Below are positions 1-10,070 of a stretch of 64,000 nt of DNA, in pieces (position 1 is the stretch's first letter; the number at the start of each line of letters is the position of its first letter). Source of the DNA: Escherichia phage mogra; sequence record MN850579.1, one strand, 5' to 3'. Below the pieces are notes generated by a model. The model saw only the letters and a program-made list of their open reading frames with translations, did not search any database and had not been told where the DNA came from. Position numbers and translations under genes: made by a program.

Positions 1-2
1 CA

Positions 3-494
3 GCAGTAAACAACAAATCATCTAAGTGGTTTGTTGAAACAATTAAGAAAAGTGTAAAAGGTCATAAAGTAGTCAAGCCTACACCAGGCAAAATTTATAC
101 TTACGTGTATGATGCTAAACATAAAGATACTCTACCGTATTGGGACAGATATCCTTTGATTATTTATTTAGGATTAGGTAAACATAATTTGATGTATGGG
201 TTAAACTTGCACTACATCCCACCTAAAGCACGACAACAGTTTCTTGAAGAATTGCTGAAGCAATATGCTAGCACAACTACTATTACTAATAACACAAAGT
301 TGAAGATAGACTGGAGCAAGGTGAAAGGATTTCAAGGTGCTGACAAAATGATTAAAGCATACCTGCCAGGCCACATTAGAGGAACAATAACAGAAATAGC
401 TCCTAAAGACTGGGCTAACATAATCATGTTACCTACTCAGCAGTTTATGTCAAAAGGAAAACGTTTCTCTGCGAATACTGTTTGGAAATCTTAA
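3..494 (+). CDS. 3-prime part of a gene running off the window start; possibly gp2 (DNA end protector) by position
   Basis: Frame open from nt 3 with no stop to 494; sits upstream of gp3-like and gene 1 as in T4 order 2-3-1. Confidence 0.4.
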   Translation, partial: AVNNKSSKWFVETIKKSVKGHKVVKPTPGKIYTYVYDAKHKDTLPYWDRYPLIIYLGLGKHNLMYGLNLHYIPPKARQQFLEELLKQYASTTTITNNTKLKIDWSKVKGFQGADKMIKAYLPGHIRGTITEIAPKDWANIIMLPTQQFMSKGKRFSANTVWKS

Positions 495-588
495 TTCTAT
501 TCTCTTCCGTTCTTCTGTTGAACCAGATTAATGGAAGAGACCTAAAACCATTATACTGCATTTTTATTAAAGCGTTTTTGAGGTGCTT

Positions 589-1173
589 ATGACTCGTCCA
601 ACGAGACAGATTTTTAACCAAACAAATATAACAAACTTTGTTGTGGATATCCCAGATAGTACACGAACTTCAGGTTTTGTGCTCAATGCCCAAACGGCTC
701 CATTGCCAGGTGTGAGAATTCCTGTTGTTGAAACTGTGACAGGCACGATGGGGTTAGGACGTGCAATGCGTGCAGGCACCACATTTGAATACGACCCTTT
801 TGTTGTACGATTTATAGTTGATGAAGACATGACGTCCTGGATGAACATGTATAAATGGATGCTCAGCACTAATAACTATATAACCGGACATAATACGGCA
901 CACTCCGATGGTCCTGAGTTTGTTACTTTGCACATTTTAAACAACAATAAGACTGAAGTAGTTTTGACGGCGAATTTCTATAAACCATGGATTTCCGATC
1001 TGAGCGAAATTGAATTTAGTTACACTGAAGATTCTGACCCTGCCGTTACGTGCGTAGCAACTATTCACTACGCGTATATGACGATAGAAAAAGACGGCGA
1101 AGTCATTGTATCTCAACAACCACGTCAGGCGGCCGAATCTAAATCCATTTCTAGACACCCTTCCTTGCGTTAA
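589..1173 (+). CDS. 3: tail tube-associated protein, likely gp3 (tail completion / tube terminator)
   Basis: ATG at 589 after SD gaggtg; tail-tube-like sequence pattern; adjacent to gene 1 as in T4. Confidence 0.5.
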   Translation: MTRPTRQIFNQTNITNFVVDIPDSTRTSGFVLNAQTAPLPGVRIPVVETVTGTMGLGRAMRAGTTFEYDPFVVRFIVDEDMTSWMNMYKWMLSTNNYITGHNTAHSDGPEFVTLHILNNNKTEVVLTANFYKPWISDLSEIEFSYTEDSDPAVTCVATIHYAYMTIEKDGEVIVSQQPRQAAESKSISRHPSLR

Positions 1174-1226
1174 TCGCTTCTAGCTCCGTATGTTATAATC
1201 ACTCATAAATTATATGAGGAAAACCT

Positions 1227-1961
1227 ATGGAGCTAATCTTTTTAAGTGGCATCAAACGTAGTGGTAAAGACACTACTGCTGATTATATCAATTCAAACTT
1301 TAAATCCGTAAAATACCAATTAGCATATCCAATTAAAGACGCTCTAGCAATAGCCTGGGGACGTAGGCATGCTGAAGATCCTGATGTATTCACTGAGTTG
1401 AAATACGAATACTTTGAAGGCATTGGATACGACCGTGAAACACCATTAAATCTCAATAAGTTGGATGTTATTGAATTATTGGAAGAAGCGCTAATTTATT
1501 TGCAAAGCAAATATTTACCAATTAATAATGTTAAAGTATTATCATCGTTAGAAGGTGGATATTCGTATCTAGATATTAAACCATATGAAGCCATGCGTGA
1601 AGCTATAAATAATATCAACGACACATGGTCAATCCGCCGTCTTATGCAAGCCCTCGGTACGGATGTTGTCGTTAATTTATTTGACCGTATGTATTGGGTT
1701 AAGCTTTTTGCATTAAACTATATGGATTATATTGGAAGTGATTTCGATTACTATGTCGTAACCGATACACGTCAAGTCCATGAAATGGAAACCGCTAGAG
1801 CGATGGGTGCTACAGTTATTCATGTGGTTCGCTCTGGTACGGAATCCACCGATAAACATATTACAGAAGCTGGGTTGCCTATTGAAGAAGGCGATTTAGT
1901 TATTACAAACGACGGCTCTTTAGAAGAGCTTTATTCTAAAATTGAAACAATCTTAAGGTAA
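1227..1961 (+). CDS. 1: dNMP kinase gp1
   Basis: MELIFLSGIKRSGKDTTAD P-loop; near-identical to recalled T4 gp1 over N- and C-termini. Confidence 0.9.
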   Translation: MELIFLSGIKRSGKDTTADYINSNFKSVKYQLAYPIKDALAIAWGRRHAEDPDVFTELKYEYFEGIGYDRETPLNLNKLDVIELLEEALIYLQSKYLPINNVKVLSSLEGGYSYLDIKPYEAMREAINNINDTWSIRRLMQALGTDVVVNLFDRMYWVKLFALNYMDYIGSDFDYYVVTDTRQVHEMETARAMGATVIHVVRSGTESTDKHITEAGLPIEEGDLVITNDGSLEELYSKIETILR

Positions 1962-1965
1962 TAAA

Positions 1966-2651
<686 letters not shown>

Positions 2652-2664
2652 TTTTCACAAAACA

Positions 2665-2694
2665 GTTTACATAAGGATGTTGGTGTGATACTAT
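2665..2694 (+). promoter_or_regulatory. T4-type early promoter (GTTTAC -35, TACTAT -10) with flanking inverted repeat AGGATG/CATCCT
   Basis: GTTTAC at 2665; about 18 nt spacer to -10. Confidence 0.5.
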
Positions 2695-2730
2695 CATCCT
2701 ATCAAATCACAAACCAAACGGAAAAAACAA

Positions 2731-3042
2731 ATGAAAACTTATCAAGAGTTTATCGCTGAAGCTACTAAAGCCGATAAAAATTTTATTATTAACACCACCG
2801 GTCCGTTAGATGATGAATACGCTAATGCTATTATTAAGTCAATTTCTAATCAAGGCGTTGAAGTAACAAATTTCGAATATAAGAAAAATGATACTTATAT
2901 GATAATTAGTATCAAAAAAGGTTCAAAAGCCAAAATTAAATCTGCGTTTGGTGTTATGCGAGTTGACCAAATCGATAACCACGATTTTTCACAAACAGGG
3001 GTCAAACGCCAAAATACCATTTCTTCTAAAGGCATAAAATAA
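2731..3042 (+). CDS. internal protein with capsid-targeting sequence (IPI locus)
   Basis: N-terminus MKTYQEFIAEA matches the T4 internal-protein capsid targeting sequence; position after 57B. Confidence 0.7.
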   Translation: MKTYQEFIAEATKADKNFIINTTGPLDDEYANAIIKSISNQGVEVTNFEYKKNDTYMIISIKKGSKAKIKSAFGVMRVDQIDNHDFSQTGVKRQNTISSKGIK

Positions 3043-3085
3043 TTTACAACAAGATAGGACTATGTTATAGTAGTCCTATCAAAAC
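3042..3085 (+). promoter_or_regulatory. early promoter / stem-loop cassette (TAGGACTA..TAGTCCTA family)
   Basis: ATTTAC -35; inverted repeat flanking TGTTATAG. Confidence 0.5.
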
Positions 3086-3103
3086 AACCAAACGGAACCT
3101 AAA

Positions 3104-3367
3104 ATGAAAACTTTCAACGAATTCATCTCAGAATCATCTGGTGTGAAAATTAACAAAGCGGTCAATCAGGTTATTGCTGATATTCTTAATTTGTATAACA
3201 TTGACTTAACTCCGCATATCACGCTTGGTAACAAACGAAACTTTTTCATATTTGACACATCTGAACTTGATGAAAATCGGTTCAATAACATTCAACGTTT
3301 TGCGAATGATAAAGGTCTTCGACACGAGCCTGGTGGCTATAAAAAATACGCAATATATTTGAAATAA
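3104..3367 (+). CDS. internal-protein-like, variant CTS (MKTFNEFISE)
   Basis: CTS-like N-terminus; own promoter cassette upstream. Confidence 0.55.
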   Translation: MKTFNEFISESSGVKINKAVNQVIADILNLYNIDLTPHITLGNKRNFFIFDTSELDENRFNNIQRFANDKGLRHEPGGYKKYAIYLK

Positions 3368-3416
3368 AGGTATACAAGCCTATAGGGATATGTTATAGTA
3401 GTCCTATCAAAACAAA

Positions 3417-3623
3417 ATGAGTAAATGGAGAAATAAAATGAAACGCGCTGAACTGATTCGTAATGTTGCTGTAGTAATTGCTTCAATGGCTTTTAGTTTT
3501 TCGATGTTTGTAGGATTCATTTGTGGACTACTGACAACAACAGAAAATTCTATCTCATTGGTAGTAGCATTTCTAATCGGCTTAATCGCTATCGTTATGG
3601 ATAAAATTGCAAAAGGTGAGTAA
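3417..3623 (+). CDS. small membrane protein
   Basis: 68 aa, two hydrophobic segments. Confidence 0.5.
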   Translation: MSKWRNKMKRAELIRNVAVVIASMAFSFSMFVGFICGLLTTTENSISLVVAFLIGLIAIVMDKIAKGE

Positions 3624-3624
3624 A

Positions 3625-3987
3625 ATGAAATATCATGTATATGCTGATTTTGAAGCAAATCCTTCTAAAGACCCTGATTGTCGTTTGATACGCAGACCAT
3701 TTGATTCAGCAGCCCAAGCATGGGCTTGGATTAAAACTTGTACTCCTTCTTACACTTTCTTTGAAGTGGTAGATGATAACGGTGTTCTGCATCCAGAACC
3801 TACAGAAACTATTAATTTCCTTCTGTTTGCTGGTTATGACTGTTATCCTCTTGGTGGTATTGACGACCTTGTTGCTATAGGAAAAACTGTTGAAGCTCTT
3901 CGCGAAATTTATAAAAACGCGGAAGAAAATTTTGACTGGTATCATATCGTTGATGCTCATACCTTTGAAATGGTGGAACATTCATGA
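3625..3987 (+). CDS. hypothetical protein
   Basis: ATG 3625 overlapping upstream stop; 120 aa. Confidence 0.55.
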   Translation: MKYHVYADFEANPSKDPDCRLIRRPFDSAAQAWAWIKTCTPSYTFFEVVDDNGVLHPEPTETINFLLFAGYDCYPLGGIDDLVAIGKTVEALREIYKNAEENFDWYHIVDAHTFEMVEHS

Positions 3988-4274
3988 TTCTTTATGCTAA
4001 AGTATCGTCCATTGAGAACGGATATGAAAGCGACCAACGAGCAGCTAAAGCGTTAGTTGATGACTATGGTATTCTGACTATCTTTGAGGTTGAAAAGGTT
4101 TATATCGACCGTTCATCTTCACAAGTTAAATTACTCTGTGAAGACGTTAAATTTAACACAGTTAACTTTGATTTCTTTATTGAAACAGAAAAAGGCCCTC
4201 TTGAATATGATATTTTCAAGAACCCTTTGAAATTACGTTGCATTGAATATAACTACATTAATATGGTACGGTAA
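3984..4274 (+). CDS. hypothetical protein
   Basis: ATGA overlap with upstream ORF; 96 aa. Confidence 0.55.
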   Translation: MILYAKVSSIENGYESDQRAAKALVDDYGILTIFEVEKVYIDRSSSQVKLLCEDVKFNTVNFDFFIETEKGPLEYDIFKNPLKLRCIEYNYINMVR

Positions 4275-4370
4275 AACGTAATTTGCTTTAAGAATTATGT
4301 GTTATTATTAATCTACCCTCTATTACCAAAGGTGCTCCCTCAAGTGCCTTTCATAATAGAAAGTTATTTA

Positions 4371-4445
4371 GGCCCTGTAGCTCAATGGGAGAGCTGTCAG
4401 CTCATAACTGATAGGTAGCTGGATCGAAACCAGCCAGGGCCACCA
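4371..4445 (+). tRNA. tRNA, anticodon CAU (Met or lysidine-modified Ile), with encoded CCA
   Basis: Cloverleaf by hand: acceptor GGCCCTG/CAGGGCC, D-stem GCTC/GAGC, anticodon loop CTCATAA, T-stem GCTGG/CCAGC, 3-prime ACCA. Confidence 0.8.
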
Positions 4446-4545
4446 ATTCGCGGTGAGTACGCTCTTAGGTAGGTAAGTTGTTCGAATAAGGGTTAAAAGT
4501 AGAACCTACAAACGAGTAACCCTGAAACACCCAAAGCCGCATCAT

Positions 4546-4622
<77 letters not shown>

Positions 4623-4640
4623 ACTTCAAGTGAGGAAAAT

Positions 4641-4985
4641 ATGAAAGGCAATATTTATTTGGTAGTTCATGATTTAACGTTTTATTTTAACGAACAGGAT
4701 ACAGTTATTTCCGACCGGTTGATTAATTCGTTATATCAACACGCTGATTACGTTTATTTTAAAAATGAATTAGGACATTGGAAGTTTCTTAAAAACCGTT
4801 CCGGGTTAACTAGTTTTGAATACTTTGACCGTAAAGACCTTTTAAACGAAATTCCATTACAACATCGGTTCCAGAAACGCGAATCACTATACTATTGTCG
4901 CCATATACCAAATGCTGAATGTGTTTATGAAGCGATTAATCTATGGCGTCGACGTCGAGAGCAAATTGATGATATGCCAAAATAA
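4641..4985 (+). CDS. hypothetical protein
   Basis: ATG 4641 after SD gaggaaaa; 5-prime part of the listed ORF overlaps the tRNA and was trimmed. Confidence 0.5.
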   Translation: MKGNIYLVVHDLTFYFNEQDTVISDRLINSLYQHADYVYFKNELGHWKFLKNRSGLTSFEYFDRKDLLNEIPLQHRFQKRESLYYCRHIPNAECVYEAINLWRRRREQIDDMPK

Positions 4986-5271
4986 GAAGCCGGGTCGCTA
5001 CCGGCAAGTCGTCGGACTGATGTTCCCTGAGTAAGGACTGGTCTTAATAAATCTTTATGTTTTGTTAATATCCCCTTACATCACAGCAGAAACGGCGCAC
5101 CGAATTATCGATTCGAGGAAATATCTTTGCCGTAAGCCGAGTAGCGTTTTTGACGGAACGTTCGGATATGGTCGAGATATGGCCTTTTAAAAATATTGAG
5201 TAGCGTCAACTACTTAATAACCGGGTTCGAGTCCCGGCGTTTCGTACAAACACTTGCCTTAGCAGGTGGAA

Positions 5272-5296
5272 CCCCGACAAGGTTGGGGCTTTTTTT
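5272..5296 (+). terminator. rho-independent terminator
   Basis: Hairpin CCCCGACAAGGTTGGGG followed by T7. Confidence 0.7.
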
Positions 5297-5340
5297 GCAT
5301 AATAATAAATAGATAAGTTAATTAACTTAGGAAAAGCAAC

Positions 5341-5805
5341 ATGAAATCATACGCTGAATTTTTGACTGAACAATCTAGTTCAGATGTAAAAGCCGCTGCG
5401 ATTGCAGCAATTCAAGCAGGTAAATATTCTTACAAAGACGCCTCTGATGAAGAACGTTTCCGTTTTATTAGAGATTTTAAAGCCGAAGGTTTTACTAATG
5501 CTAATACTGTTAGCCGAGTTTTTAAAAGCCTAGCTGCATCAGGTGAATTGTTCCAGAAAGCTACAGGTAAAGCACCTGCACCAAAAGCGGACCCTAAAGC
5601 CGCTCAAGAAAAAAATATCGCCAAAGGAATTATTTCTAAGTATGAAGCAATTCTTAAAGAGCTTTTAGTAATCAAAACAGAAGGCCAGAAACTGGCACGA
5701 GCACATAGCTTCAAAGATAATCCTCACGCTCATAGCCTTGAGTATGTTGAAGATATCCAAAAACTTATTAAAGACCGTATCTGGTCTGCTAAACAAATTA
5801 AATAA
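5341..5805 (+). CDS. internal-protein-like, variant CTS (MKSYAEFLTE)
   Basis: CTS-like N-terminus; Lys/Ala-rich; flanked by terminators. Confidence 0.5.
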   Translation: MKSYAEFLTEQSSSDVKAAAIAAIQAGKYSYKDASDEERFRFIRDFKAEGFTNANTVSRVFKSLAASGELFQKATGKAPAPKADPKAAQEKNIAKGIISKYEAILKELLVIKTEGQKLARAHSFKDNPHAHSLEYVEDIQKLIKDRIWSAKQIK

Positions 5806-5811
5806 TAGAAT

Positions 5812-5838
5812 GCCCCTTCCTTACGGTTGGGGCTTTTT
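5812..5838 (+). terminator. rho-independent terminator
   Basis: GCCCCTTCCTTACGGTTGGGGC then T5. Confidence 0.65.
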
Positions 5839-5871
5839 GGTATCTAGGGCATAAAAATATTTCATAAAGAT

Positions 5872-5900
5872 GTTTACTTCTTCCCTAGATGTGTTACTAT
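5872..5900 (+). promoter_or_regulatory. T4-type early promoter
   Basis: GTTTAC 5872; TACTAT 5895. Confidence 0.5.
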
Positions 5901-5928
5901 AGACCTATCAAAACATGGGGAGAATATT

Positions 5929-6432
5929 ATGAGTCTTTACACTGAACTGAATAAAAAATCTGAAGAATCTGCTGAAACTATTTTTAAAAACGTGCAAAAG
6001 CGTATTTTAGAAAAGATGTATAACGCTGCAGCTAAAGGTGAAAAATCTTGCCGGTTTCCGATTAGGTGTTCTTCAGATTTATGCGCAAATACTATTGAAT
6101 GGCTGGAAAGTGAAGGTCTTACGGTAGAGAAAAACCCGGCGACTTCTATTGATAGCGAATCATATATTAGTATTTCTTGGGATAAATCAAGGGTAGAAGA
6201 GAAAGATGGTGATTGGGTTGTAGATGTTAAAACTTCTGATGGTGGACGTTCTGTTGAAGTTTCAGCTGTAGTTAAAGGTACCCACGAACAAAGGACTTGG
6301 GGTTGGGGTGGTGAAGAAAAAGAAATTGTTCTTAGTGTGATTGCCAGGTCAACTAGTAATAAAATTGCACAAAGCATCATTGACGCTGCAATTGCTGAAG
6401 CAGAAAAAATTTGCAAAATTAAAAATAAATGA
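5929..6432 (+). CDS. hypothetical protein
   Basis: 167 aa; promoter cassette upstream. Confidence 0.55.
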   Translation: MSLYTELNKKSEESAETIFKNVQKRILEKMYNAAAKGEKSCRFPIRCSSDLCANTIEWLESEGLTVEKNPATSIDSESYISISWDKSRVEEKDGDWVVDVKTSDGGRSVEVSAVVKGTHEQRTWGWGGEEKEIVLSVIARSTSNKIAQSIIDAAIAEAEKICKIKNK

Positions 6433-6491
6433 TGTACAAGCACCAAGGATGGTGATACTATAGACTTATCAACTACAGAGGAGTAAACAAA

Positions 6492-6656
6492 ATGACTACT
6501 TTAATTATTTGGTTCGATGAAAATGAAGAAACATACTGTGTGAATATTGGTGAAAGTCCAATGCCTGAATTTGAATCCTCAGATAAAAACTCTGTTGTAT
6601 CTTGGGCTGAAGGTTATAAAGCAGCTAAAGGTGACGTTGAAATAATTTACATCTAA
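6492..6656 (+). CDS. small hypothetical protein (54 aa)
   Basis: ATG after SD gaggag; below ORF-track length cutoff. Confidence 0.4.
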   Translation: MTTLIIWFDENEETYCVNIGESPMPEFESSDKNSVVSWAEGYKAAKGDVEIIYI

Positions 6657-6702
6657 GTAAGTTTATGTTATAGTAGTCCTATCAAATCAAGAGGAAAACA
6701 AA

Positions 6703-6930
6703 ATGGCTAAAGTTAGTATTGATGTCGTTGATTATGAATACACTGAAGAAGTTATTCGCAACCGTCACCCTGAAGTTCGTATCGATTCAGTCCAAGATTC
6801 CAAGTTCTGGACAACTGAGCTTAATCTGAGTGGTCCTTATGAAGCCGTTAAGAAGTTCATGGTTGAAGAATACTGTGAAGGCATGCACCCGGAAGACGCC
6901 AAGTTTTATGTCAATTTGATTAAAAAATAA
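6703..6930 (+). CDS. hypothetical protein
   Basis: 75 aa; SD gaggaaaa. Confidence 0.5.
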   Translation: MAKVSIDVVDYEYTEEVIRNRHPEVRIDSVQDSKFWTTELNLSGPYEAVKKFMVEEYCEGMHPEDAKFYVNLIKK

Positions 6931-6940
6931 TTTACAAACT

Positions 6941-6975
6941 CTTGAGAGCAGAGTATAATGCTCTCATTGGATAAT
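6941..6975 (+). promoter_or_regulatory. early promoter cassette, copy A of an identical 49 bp repeat
   Basis: TTTACA 6941, 17 nt spacer, TATAAT 6964; inverted repeat GAGAGCA/TGCTCTC; identical to 36843-36891. Confidence 0.6.
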
Positions 6976-7000
6976 AAACCACCAATTGAAAGGTAATAAT

Positions 7001-7594
7001 ATGAACACACTGAAGAAACTTGTTGAATTCATCCGCACTAAACTGGGTACTGCTATGGCTAAAAATCTGACTGTCGAAGAACAGTATAACGCAGCTGCAG
7101 ATAAGTTGATTACCCAAATCAAAGAACTAAAAACGGCTTCTGTTAAATCTATTAATGAAGAAAAACGTATTCGCGAACTTGTTAATGAAAAGAACAAGCA
7201 AGCCGCTTCTAAGGAACTTGAAATTCGTAAGCTCCTGGCTGAAGGACAAGATGTTACTATGCATGCTAAGCTTGGTCTTCTGTATCGTCGAACTGCCGAA
7301 CAACTTAATACAAAAGCTGACGGGTATGCCGCTATGCGAATTGAAATTGCTCGTAAGGTGGTTGAACTTGACGATGCTCGTCAGAACCTGGCAATCAAAC
7401 TCGAATACATTCGTGAAACTCGAGCAGCCAATGCCCTTGGTATCTCTACGGCCGATGATGTAATTGAAATCGCTGCACTGACTAAGGTTGATATCGAAGA
7501 CACTCTGACTCGTGTTGAAACGTTCAATGGCACTCCAGCCGGCGTCGAAACCACTTCTGCTGATGTACAAGAATATATTAACTCTTTGAAATAA
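7001..7594 (+). CDS. coiled-coil protein; weak PspA/IM30-like character
   Basis: Long heptad-rich helical sequence; ATG 7001 downstream of promoter cassette. Confidence 0.5.
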   Translation: MNTLKKLVEFIRTKLGTAMAKNLTVEEQYNAAADKLITQIKELKTASVKSINEEKRIRELVNEKNKQAASKELEIRKLLAEGQDVTMHAKLGLLYRRTAEQLNTKADGYAAMRIEIARKVVELDDARQNLAIKLEYIRETRAANALGISTADDVIEIAALTKVDIEDTLTRVETFNGTPAGVETTSADVQEYINSLK

Positions 7595-7602
7595 AATAAT
7601 AC

Positions 7603-7624
7603 GGAGGACTCCGGTCCTCCTTTT
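7603..7624 (+). terminator. rho-independent terminator
   Basis: GGAGGAC-TCCG-GTCCTCC then TTTT. Confidence 0.75.
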
Positions 7625-7643
7625 GGATAATAAAGGAGTTAAC

Positions 7644-8246
7644 ATGCGAAACCAAAATAATGATATTGACTCAATGTTCGAAGAGTTCCGAGATAAGGTA
7701 AATCCACCTACGTCTTTAGTTGATTCATTACGATATGTTGCAACTGGACGTAAATGGTACTGGTCGTCTTCTTATGAGACCACCGAGAAAACGGCTAGCC
7801 ATAGCAGAAAATCTTTATTAGCCCCAGGTATTATGATTCATGATATCGGAGCTATTGCTAAACTAGTTGCAGACCATGATATTAGATTCACTGATTTCGT
7901 TGCTCCTACGTGGTCTGTTTGTTGTTTAAACACTGAATGGGAATATATCAGCGAACGCTCTGAAGATTATTATGGCTTTAGAGATAAGCTTCTGAGGTCT
8001 AATATGTTTTATATCGATACAGAAGTTCTAGTCGATAATAAAAAATATTACTTTACGTTAATCATCGATTCTGAAACTATGTATGAAGGCAAGCCTTTGC
8101 TTAAGAGAGTTGATGCTTTAAGTGCTATTGATGCGCTTTATGAAACTATGGTTGTTAGTCCTAATTTCACTAATAATTTAATCCTTGAGCAATTTATTAT
8201 GGAATGTAGAGAATATGTCAAAGCCAACCCTATACATGCCAAGTAA
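7644..8246 (+). CDS. hypothetical protein
   Basis: ATG after SD aaaggag; C-terminus carries FIMECR motif. Confidence 0.5.
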   Translation: MRNQNNDIDSMFEEFRDKVNPPTSLVDSLRYVATGRKWYWSSSYETTEKTASHSRKSLLAPGIMIHDIGAIAKLVADHDIRFTDFVAPTWSVCCLNTEWEYISERSEDYYGFRDKLLRSNMFYIDTEVLVDNKKYYFTLIIDSETMYEGKPLLKRVDALSAIDALYETMVVSPNFTNNLILEQFIMECREYVKANPIHAK

Positions 8247-8610
8247 GCCCTGGGCGTATGAATACAAGCGTAAATTAATCCCAAATGAAGTATTATTTGG
8301 CCCTATTTTAGCTTTAGCATTTTTAATCTTTATGATTATAGGAGCTGTTTTAGATTCTAGTGAAGTTATATCGTCTGATGCAGCATTTTCATTAATGTTC
8401 GTCGCACCACTTATTGTACCGTTTTTATTAATGCCTATTAATTGGGTAGGATATTGGCACCAAGGCCGTCATCACAGAGCCCGATTAAGAGAATGGAAAG
8501 TTCAGTGCGCAAAAGCCCAAGCTCAGTATGATGAAGCTGTTAAAAAGTATGAATATGAAGAAGCTATGGAATTCGTTAAGGAAATAAGATGCAAAAGCCT
8601 CAACTCTTAA
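8215..8610 (+). CDS. small membrane protein
   Basis: Hydrophobic helices; overlaps upstream gene end. Confidence 0.45.
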   Translation: MSKPTLYMPSKPWAYEYKRKLIPNEVLFGPILALAFLIFMIIGAVLDSSEVISSDAAFSLMFVAPLIVPFLLMPINWVGYWHQGRHHRARLREWKVQCAKAQAQYDEAVKKYEYEEAMEFVKEIRCKSLNS

Positions 8611-8948
8611 CCGTATGGCCTTCTCTTGGTGAGAACATTCTAATTTTTATTATGAGTATTGGCATGGGATTTGCCTTTGGATTAGTTGGATTTCTTATTG
8701 ACGGCGTTGTGTTAGGATTTATAGGGAACACTGGTGGATTCACAGACCAATGGCAGGACTTACGGTATACCCAAGCCTTTGCATCCATCGCATCATTTTG
8801 TACTGTAGTCTATTTTTACTACGATTTTATAAACCATAACAAGAAAAATAAAAAGATTTACGCTTCTCAAATGATTAGTTATAATGAACTTCTAGCTAAA
8901 CGTGAAAATGAAACAATCGAAAACTTTATTAAGGAATGTAGAAAATGA
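8589..8948 (+). CDS. small membrane protein, C-terminal NFIKECRK
   Basis: SD aagga; TM segments; shared C-terminal motif. Confidence 0.5.
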   Translation: MQKPQLLTVWPSLGENILIFIMSIGMGFAFGLVGFLIDGVVLGFIGNTGGFTDQWQDLRYTQAFASIASFCTVVYFYYDFINHNKKNKKIYASQMISYNELLAKRENETIENFIKECRK

Positions 8949-9250
8949 GTAAGATTATTGAAATTAAAGTACCAGAGTTTAATGATGCCAAATCCGCTTC
9001 AGATGCAATTTATAAACTTCTGAATCAAGCTGAACGTATCGAAGAAGAAGCAACAAAGATCGCAGACCAATATGCCGTGTCATTTTCTGTAGGTGATTAT
9101 GGTAGCGGTCGTACTTATTATCCTAAGGGTGAAATCGTATCCCAGTGGATGAAAGATGAAATTGAAAATAATGGTGGCGATGTTAAGCGTGAAGGTAATG
9201 GTTACGTTATTACTGAAGGTGCTTGGGTTTCGTCTTCTGCGTTGTGCTAA
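8945..9250 (+). CDS. hypothetical protein, tandem paralog 1 (C-terminal GAWVSSSALC)
   Basis: ATGA overlap; shared C-terminal motif with the next two ORFs. Confidence 0.55.
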   Translation: MSKIIEIKVPEFNDAKSASDAIYKLLNQAERIEEEATKIADQYAVSFSVGDYGSGRTYYPKGEIVSQWMKDEIENNGGDVKREGNGYVITEGAWVSSSALC

Positions 9251-9259
9251 GGAATCATT

Positions 9260-9532
9260 ATGTCTAAAGAACAAACCGAACTGGCTGAAGCTGTAGCAAA
9301 AATCTATGCAGCTATTGAGGCTGCCAAAGAAATTGCTGATAAACAAAACACAACATTCAACTTGTACCCAGCTTATGGTATGGGTGGAACCTATCATTCA
9401 CCCAGACATCTTAAAGCCGATCTTGAACGTTGTACAAAAAACGGCTATGCTGAATGGGCTGACGTTTACCAATACGACTACAACCTGAGCCTCGAAACCG
9501 GTGGTTGGGTTGCATCTTCTCACACTTGCTAA
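9260..9532 (+). CDS. hypothetical protein, tandem paralog 2 (C-terminal GGWVASSHTC)
   Basis: SD aagga; shared C-terminal motif. Confidence 0.55.
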   Translation: MSKEQTELAEAVAKIYAAIEAAKEIADKQNTTFNLYPAYGMGGTYHSPRHLKADLERCTKNGYAEWADVYQYDYNLSLETGGWVASSHTC

Positions 9533-9541
9533 GGAAACAAT

Positions 9542-9739
9542 ATGTCTCGTGAATTAGATTGTGCTGTACGTACGGCAGTAGCTGCTCTGGAAAACCTGTT
9601 CCAAATTGCAACAGAAGAACGCGAAGAAGTTACATTATGGATTGAAGATAACGCAGGTCTGAATCTCCAGGACGCGATCTCATTATCCCACAATAGTATC
9701 ACTGTTCAAGGCTGGGTATCATCTAGTTATTCTTGCTAA
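9542..9739 (+). CDS. hypothetical protein, tandem paralog 3 (C-terminal QGWVSSSYSC)
   Basis: SD aagga; shared C-terminal motif. Confidence 0.55.
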   Translation: MSRELDCAVRTAVAALENLFQIATEEREEVTLWIEDNAGLNLQDAISLSHNSITVQGWVSSSYSC

Positions 9740-9743
9740 AACA

Positions 9744-9788
9744 GTTTACAACAAGATAGGGCTATGTTATAGTAGTCCTATCAAAAAC
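9744..9788 (+). promoter_or_regulatory. early promoter / stem-loop cassette (TAGGGCTA..TAGTCCTA)
   Basis: GTTTAC 9744. Confidence 0.5.
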
Positions 9789-9802
9789 AAATGGAGTCCA
9801 CA

Positions 9803-10042
9803 ATGATTTATTACGAAAGTATCGGAACCAAAGTGGTTGGTAAAACCATTACTCGTGAAAAGTTTGCAAAGATATTCGATATGCGTTATAAAAAATCTGA
9901 ACACAAAGGCATCCGATTCGAAGATGCGCACTGTACAATTTGCCCTTATAATGAAGACATAAACGGTACAATCGTTCCATTGGTAGAGGCTTCACACGAT
10001 GACCTCTGGGACGAATATAATATCGCATGTCGTGAAATTTAA
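9803..10042 (+). CDS. hypothetical protein
   Basis: ATG 9803 after SD tggag; promoter cassette upstream. Confidence 0.5.
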   Translation: MIYYESIGTKVVGKTITREKFAKIFDMRYKKSEHKGIRFEDAHCTICPYNEDINGTIVPLVEASHDDLWDEYNIACREI

Positions 10043-10070
10043 GTTAATGAATTAATCCGAGGAAAATATT

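Noticed and set aside
5140-5250. Third full tRNA gene
   Set aside because: Only the T-arm and a possible acceptor stem fold; no D-arm or anticodon arm could be built by hand; kept as a remnant in findings
5937-6446. 169-aa minus-strand ORF
   Set aside because: Entirely antisense to the plus-strand ORF 5929-6432, which has a promoter cassette and SD; no minus-strand signals
7127-7645. 172-aa minus-strand ORF
   Set aside because: Antisense to plus-strand ORF 7001-7594; all neighbours are plus strand
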